Made by a program: the position numbers and the translations under genes. 32,000 bases of DNA, taken from NCBI RefSeq assembly GCF_000025665.1, contig NC_013926.1, forward strand, positions 390,001-422,000, read 5' to 3'. Positions 28,114 through 32,000 of this stretch are shown in pieces. Position 1 is the first letter of the stretch. Each line of letters opens with the position of its first letter. The notes below the pieces were generated by a model, which had not been told where the DNA came from, did not search any database, and saw only the letters and a program-made list of their open reading frames with translations. Source of the stretch: Aciduliprofundum boonei T469 (GTDB taxonomy: Archaea > Thermoplasmatota > Thermoplasmata > Thermoplasmatales > Aciduliprofundaceae).

Positions 28114-28908
28114 TTACTTTATTTTTATTTTGGTGTATTTTGCATCCTTCATATTTCTCATATATGCTTTTAAATTGCCCTCTTTTAACATAGAAAGAAT
28201 GACTATTTCTGTATTCTTTAAATCATTCTTGTATTTTCTAATGGTCTCTATTTTGCCGTACATACCTGAGGTCACATCAGTGAAAGCAGAACCCGTTAAT
28301 TTAGCCAATTCATCCATATTTTCTAGATTTATTTCTTTCAGCAATTTTGCATTTTTATCTTTTTTCGGGTCCTTTGTATAAATTCCGTCCACATCTGTTG
28401 CAAAAATCAATCTCTCAGCATTTAGCTCAGAGGCAAGATGTGCTGCAATAAGATCTCCCGAACAAACTGAATAACCCATCTTAGTATCAACCACAATGTC
28501 TCCACCAAACACTGGAGTCATTCCCATCTCTAAAAATCTCTTTATTGGTTCAATACAAATCTTTTTTATCTTCATTCCTTCTGCAACTATCTGGCTACTC
28601 GGCAGGAAAATCATGGCATTTATTCCCTCTTCCTGTAAAGCTCTAACAAATTCCAAACGCAATTCAAACACTATGCTCTGCGTCTTTGCTAAATTTAAAA
28701 GATTCTCCTTTCCTGTATAACCCCTGTAAAGTTTGTACTCCTTAACAGGCGGGTGTCCATAAGAGCCCACACCATGAACTATTATCATCTCATCCATACT
28801 CTCTTTCAACTCTCTAGCAATTTCTCTAAATTTTTCTTTCCTCATTGTGTAAGGCTTCGATTTATCTGTGAGCAGCGAGCCACCCAATTTTATTACACTC
28901 AATCCCAT
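28114..28908 (-). CDS. ipk: Isopentenyl phosphate kinase (amino-acid-kinase fold)
   Basis: VIKLGGSLLTDK, IIVHGVGSYGH, GGDIV and ATDVDGIYTKDP match the family. Start taken at MGLSVIKLGGS (28908), which removes the overlap with the upstream gene. Confidence 0.85.
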   Translation of the reverse strand: MGLSVIKLGGSLLTDKSKPYTMRKEKFREIARELKESMDEMIIVHGVGSYGHPPVKEYKLYRGYTGKENLLNLAKTQSIVFELRLEFVRALQEEGINAMIFLPSSQIVAEGMKIKKICIEPIKRFLEMGMTPVFGGDIVVDTKMGYSVCSGDLIAAHLASELNAERLIFATDVDGIYTKDPKKDKNAKLLKEINLENMDELAKLTGSAFTDVTSGMYGKIETIRKYKNDLKNTEIVILSMLKEGNLKAYMRNMKDAKYTKIKIK

Positions 28909-28916
28909 TCTATCCC

Positions 28917-29744
28917 TCACAATTGCCAGAACGCCTGAAATACCGTATGTACTCCAGGCCATAAACCAGCCAATATGAGCAAAGCCCCAAATATTATTAC
29001 CACCGAAGGAATTATTATATTATCAACATCCTTGGGGCTGTAAAGTTCTGTGAACATTGCTATAACAGCAAGAATTAGCACAGGCAGGAAAAAGTCTTTA
29101 AGGGATGATAATGAGTACTTATAAACCAAAGTACCTGAGGACACCACCGTAGCTCCCATAAGTCCATAGAAGAGGACCATTAACATTGTGAGAAGGAAAC
29201 CCATCAATAACATTCCTCCCAAAGAGCCCTCCCATGTTTTGTTTCCTGCAGGCACTTTAATTTTATGCTTTCCATAATTCCTGCCTATTATATCTGCAAA
29301 CCCATCGCCAAAGGCAAGTATGGAAAATGATACCAAGGCGAGAGGATGTGTCCACCAAAAGAGAGTTACAAAAATCATAACCAAGGTGTAATAGAAAGTG
29401 CCCCTCAGTAATTCTCTCGGATCTCCTGAGCGAGACATGGTATTTACAAAAGCTTCATCCTTCGCTATGCCCAACCCAACTGTAAGAAACTTAAGTGCAA
29501 AGATAAGTGGTACAATCATAGCTATAAGTGGTGAGTACCAGCTACCAGAGTAAAACGGGAAAAAGAATATGTAAATTGGAGCTGCAAAGGTATGAATAAT
29601 TTTTCTAGATACATTTATGCTTAACTTTCCAGAGTTGCGAAGTTTATCATTTATTCCTATCAAGCCAAAAATTGCTATGAGAGTTATGAAGAAGGCCACT
29701 ATATCCTCAACAATCGGTATCCCTATAAACCCCAGCAATCCCAT
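28917..29744 (-). CDS. CTP-dependent polyprenol (dolichol/phytol)-kinase-like membrane protein, cytidylyltransferase family
   Basis: Polytopic membrane protein with about 7-8 TM helices. The motif FGDGFADIIGRNYGKHKI...NKTWEGSLGG is typical of the CTP_transf_1 / dolichol-kinase / phytol-kinase group. The exact substrate cannot be determined from sequence. Confidence 0.6.
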   Translation of the reverse strand: MGLLGFIGIPIVEDIVAFFITLIAIFGLIGINDKLRNSGKLSINVSRKIIHTFAAPIYIFFFPFYSGSWYSPLIAMIVPLIFALKFLTVGLGIAKDEAFVNTMSRSGDPRELLRGTFYYTLVMIFVTLFWWTHPLALVSFSILAFGDGFADIIGRNYGKHKIKVPAGNKTWEGSLGGMLLMGFLLTMLMVLFYGLMGATVVSSGTLVYKYSLSSLKDFFLPVLILAVIAMFTELYSPKDVDNIIIPSVVIIFGALLILAGLWPGVHTVFQAFWQL

Positions 29745-29795
29745 TTAAGCACCTCAACGAAAATAATGTAAAAAGATATATTTAAAAATATGGGT

Positions 29796-31301
29796 TCAGA
29801 GGTATTTTGCTTTCACATACCTTATGAAGTACTCTGGATTAACCCCTTCACCAAAACTTCTCTGCAGAAGCTCCTTTGGTGGATAAATTGAGCCGTATTT
29901 GTGTACTCTCTCTCTGAGCCACTCTTTTATGGGCTCAAATTCTGCATTCCTTACCTTATCTCCAAAATCTGGCATGTCCTTCATCATATACTCACCAATT
30001 TGAGCAGAGAGTAATGTACCTATGGAGTATGTTGGGAAATATCCAATGGTGCCATGAGCCCAATGTATATCCTGCAAAATACCATCAGCATAGCTCTTGG
30101 GTCTTATTCCCAGCAATTTTTCCATCTCATCGTTCCAAAGCTCAGGTAGATCCTTGGCTTTTATACCTTCATTGATCATTATCTTTTCAAGCTTGAATCT
30201 AAGTAAGATATGGAAATTATAGGTAACCACATCTGCCTCCGTTCTTATGAAATCAGGCCTAACTATGTTGAAATAATTGTAAATATCCCTGGGCGTATAA
30301 TCCTTTATCTCTGGCAAGTTCTCTTGCAATATGGGATAAATCAACTCTGCAAACTCCACGCTTCTCCCAATTATATTTTCCCAAAATCTGCTCTGACTTT
30401 CGTGAATTCCCAAAGAAACCCCGCCGCGAATTGGTGAGAACATAAAGCGCTCGTCCTGCTGAAGCTCATAGAGGGCATGGCCGAATTCATGCACGGTGGA
30501 TAGTATTGTTCTCCTAAAATCAATACCTTCATACCTTGTGGTTATGCGCACATCTTTAATTCCAAATTCTGTAGTGAAGGGATGTGGCGAGATATCTATC
30601 CTTGAACGCTTCCCAAGAGGAAATCCAAAGAGCTTCAAAATTTCTTTATTCACCTTCTCCATATTCTCCCTCTTGTATTCCAATTTTTCAAGAGGGTGCT
30701 CTCTTGGAACCTTTCCCTCTTCGAGTATTCTATCCAGCACGGGCTTCAATTCCTTCTCAAGTTTTTCAAACATTGCATTTACTTCATCCGTAGTCAAGCC
30801 CTCTTCAAACAAATCTAAGAGAGCATCGTAAGGATACTTTTCGTAGCCAAGATAATCCGCACCTTTCTTGGCAAGTTCCATTATCTTATCTAACCACGGA
30901 GCAAACTTATCATAATCATTCTTTTCCTTCGCTTCTGTCCAAGCAGCAGTTGCTTTGCTCGTTGTCTCACTTAACTCTCTCAAGAATTCTGGTGGGAAAG
31001 AGCTGCTTATTCTTATCTCTCTCTTCAAAACCCTAACAACTCCCTTCTCGTACTCATTCAATCCTTCTAAGCCATCCGCTTTATTAACAAGCTCCACAAA
31101 CTTCGGTGCGAGGAGAGTCTCCTGCTGCATAACGGATAGCTCCCCTTGAGCAACACTTCTCTCCGTTATTCCCTCCTTCGGCATATTTACCTCCATATCC
31201 CAACCAAGAACACTCTGGGCATGGCCAATTGCCCAAATTCTCCTGTACTTTTCAATTATTTCTTTGATAACTTCATTCTCAAAGACCATTTGAATCACCA
31301 T
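29796..31301 (-). CDS. M32 carboxypeptidase (carboxypeptidase Taq family)
   Basis: HPF, HEFGHALY (HExxH), IHESQSRFWEN, IRTEADVVTY and GILQDIHWAHG occur in the family order. Confidence 0.93.
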   Translation of the reverse strand: MVIQMVFENEVIKEIIEKYRRIWAIGHAQSVLGWDMEVNMPKEGITERSVAQGELSVMQQETLLAPKFVELVNKADGLEGLNEYEKGVVRVLKREIRISSSFPPEFLRELSETTSKATAAWTEAKEKNDYDKFAPWLDKIMELAKKGADYLGYEKYPYDALLDLFEEGLTTDEVNAMFEKLEKELKPVLDRILEEGKVPREHPLEKLEYKRENMEKVNKEILKLFGFPLGKRSRIDISPHPFTTEFGIKDVRITTRYEGIDFRRTILSTVHEFGHALYELQQDERFMFSPIRGGVSLGIHESQSRFWENIIGRSVEFAELIYPILQENLPEIKDYTPRDIYNYFNIVRPDFIRTEADVVTYNFHILLRFKLEKIMINEGIKAKDLPELWNDEMEKLLGIRPKSYADGILQDIHWAHGTIGYFPTYSIGTLLSAQIGEYMMKDMPDFGDKVRNAEFEPIKEWLRERVHKYGSIYPPKELLQRSFGEGVNPEYFIRYVKAKYL

Positions 31302-31405
31302 GCAACAATCTCCTTCAAATTAATAAACTTCACTCTTGCTATAATTTGGCATGCTATTATTTATCTATGGAAATATTTAATTCCCTGCATATCTTCTCTA
31401 TACTC

Positions 31406-32000
31406 ATGTTCTCAGACAGAGTGCTCAATATTGAACTCTCAGGCATAAGAAAGATTTTTGATATGGCCCAAGGAGAAGTTATAAACCTCGGCCTTGGAGA
31501 ACCAGATTTTCAACCACCACCGGAGGCAATGGATGCCATAAGAGAGGCCGTTGAGAAAGGGTACAATAAATACGGGCCCTCTAAGGGATTTCCACAACTT
31601 AGGGAAGCTTTAGCTCAAAAGTTTGAGAAATATGCAGATATCACTGCAGAGAATGTTCTAGTCACTGTTGGTGCCACAGAGGGTATGCTAGCTGCCATGC
31701 TGAGCTTGATAAATCCAGGAGATGAGGTCCTTTATCCCAATCCCGGATTCGTGCTTTACAAACCCCACACGATAATAGCCGGTGGCAAGCCTGTGAATTA
31801 TCCCCTTTTGCAGGAGAATGAATTCGTGCCAACGCAGGAGGATTTGCAGGATAGAATTACCAAAAAAACTAAGGCAATAATAGTGAATTATCCAAACAAT
31901 CCCACTGGGGGAGTTTTAAATGATGAGAATATCAAGATGATAATCGATTTAGCAGAGGATAACGACTTGATAATAATTTCGGATGAGGTTTATTTCAACA
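31406..32000 (+). CDS. Class I/II pyridoxal-phosphate aminotransferase (aspartate aminotransferase-like), 3'-truncated by the window edge
   Basis: My own translation from ATG 31406 reads MFSDRVLNIELSGIRKIFDMAQGEVINLGLGEPDFQPPPEAMDAIREAVEKGYNKYGPSKGFPQLREALA...VGATEG...NPGF...NYPNNPTGG...SDEVY. The frame stays open to nt 32000. AAATATTTAA lies about 30 nt upstream. The ORF track omits it because no stop falls in the window. Confidence 0.85.
   Translation, partial: MFSDRVLNIELSGIRKIFDMAQGEVINLGLGEPDFQPPPEAMDAIREAVEKGYNKYGPSKGFPQLREALAQKFEKYADITAENVLVTVGATEGMLAAMLSLINPGDEVLYPNPGFVLYKPHTIIAGGKPVNYPLLQENEFVPTQEDLQDRITKKTKAIIVNYPNNPTGGVLNDENIKMIIDLAEDNDLIIISDEVYFN

Overview
This is a densely coded, AT-rich archaeal chromosomal segment with about 35 genes. 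Most internal genes have GGAGGTGA-type Shine-Dalgarno sites, and several first genes have a TATA-like box about 25-30 nt upstream of the start codon. The content is mainly housekeeping. It includes adenylosuccinate synthetase, ABCE1, a short XPF nuclease next to a Hel308 helicase, an Lrp/AsnC regulator, an hsp20-cdc48 chaperone pair and a five-gene Opp/Dpp-type peptide ABC transporter. It also carries a bacterial-type RNase PH, UppS, a riboflavin-pathway reductase, an RCK-gated cation channel, RNase P protein Rpp21, an HU-family chromatin protein, isopentenyl phosphate kinase, an M32 carboxypeptidase and a partial aminotransferase. The only GC-rich island (11645-12081) is an RNase P RNA gene on the minus strand, which the ORF track covers with spurious ORFs. 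An HU-type protein, a VAT/Cdc48 ATPase and a GC-rich structural RNA in an AT-rich genome suggest a thermophilic euryarchaeon related to Thermoplasmata (Thermoplasmatales or DHVE2/Aciduliprofundum-like); this is inference only. I found no CRISPR array, transposase, integrase, tRNA, rRNA or recognisable defence island, so I cannot support a discrete new multi-gene system here. The points most worth follow-up are: a near-duplicated module inside the RNase P RNA; a two-RCK channel split by a single in-frame TAA with a non-canonical TLGYY pore filter; a membrane sensor (binding domain, PAS, His-less DHp) with no kinase domain; and a perfect palindrome at the predicted transcription start of the hsp20-cdc48 operon.
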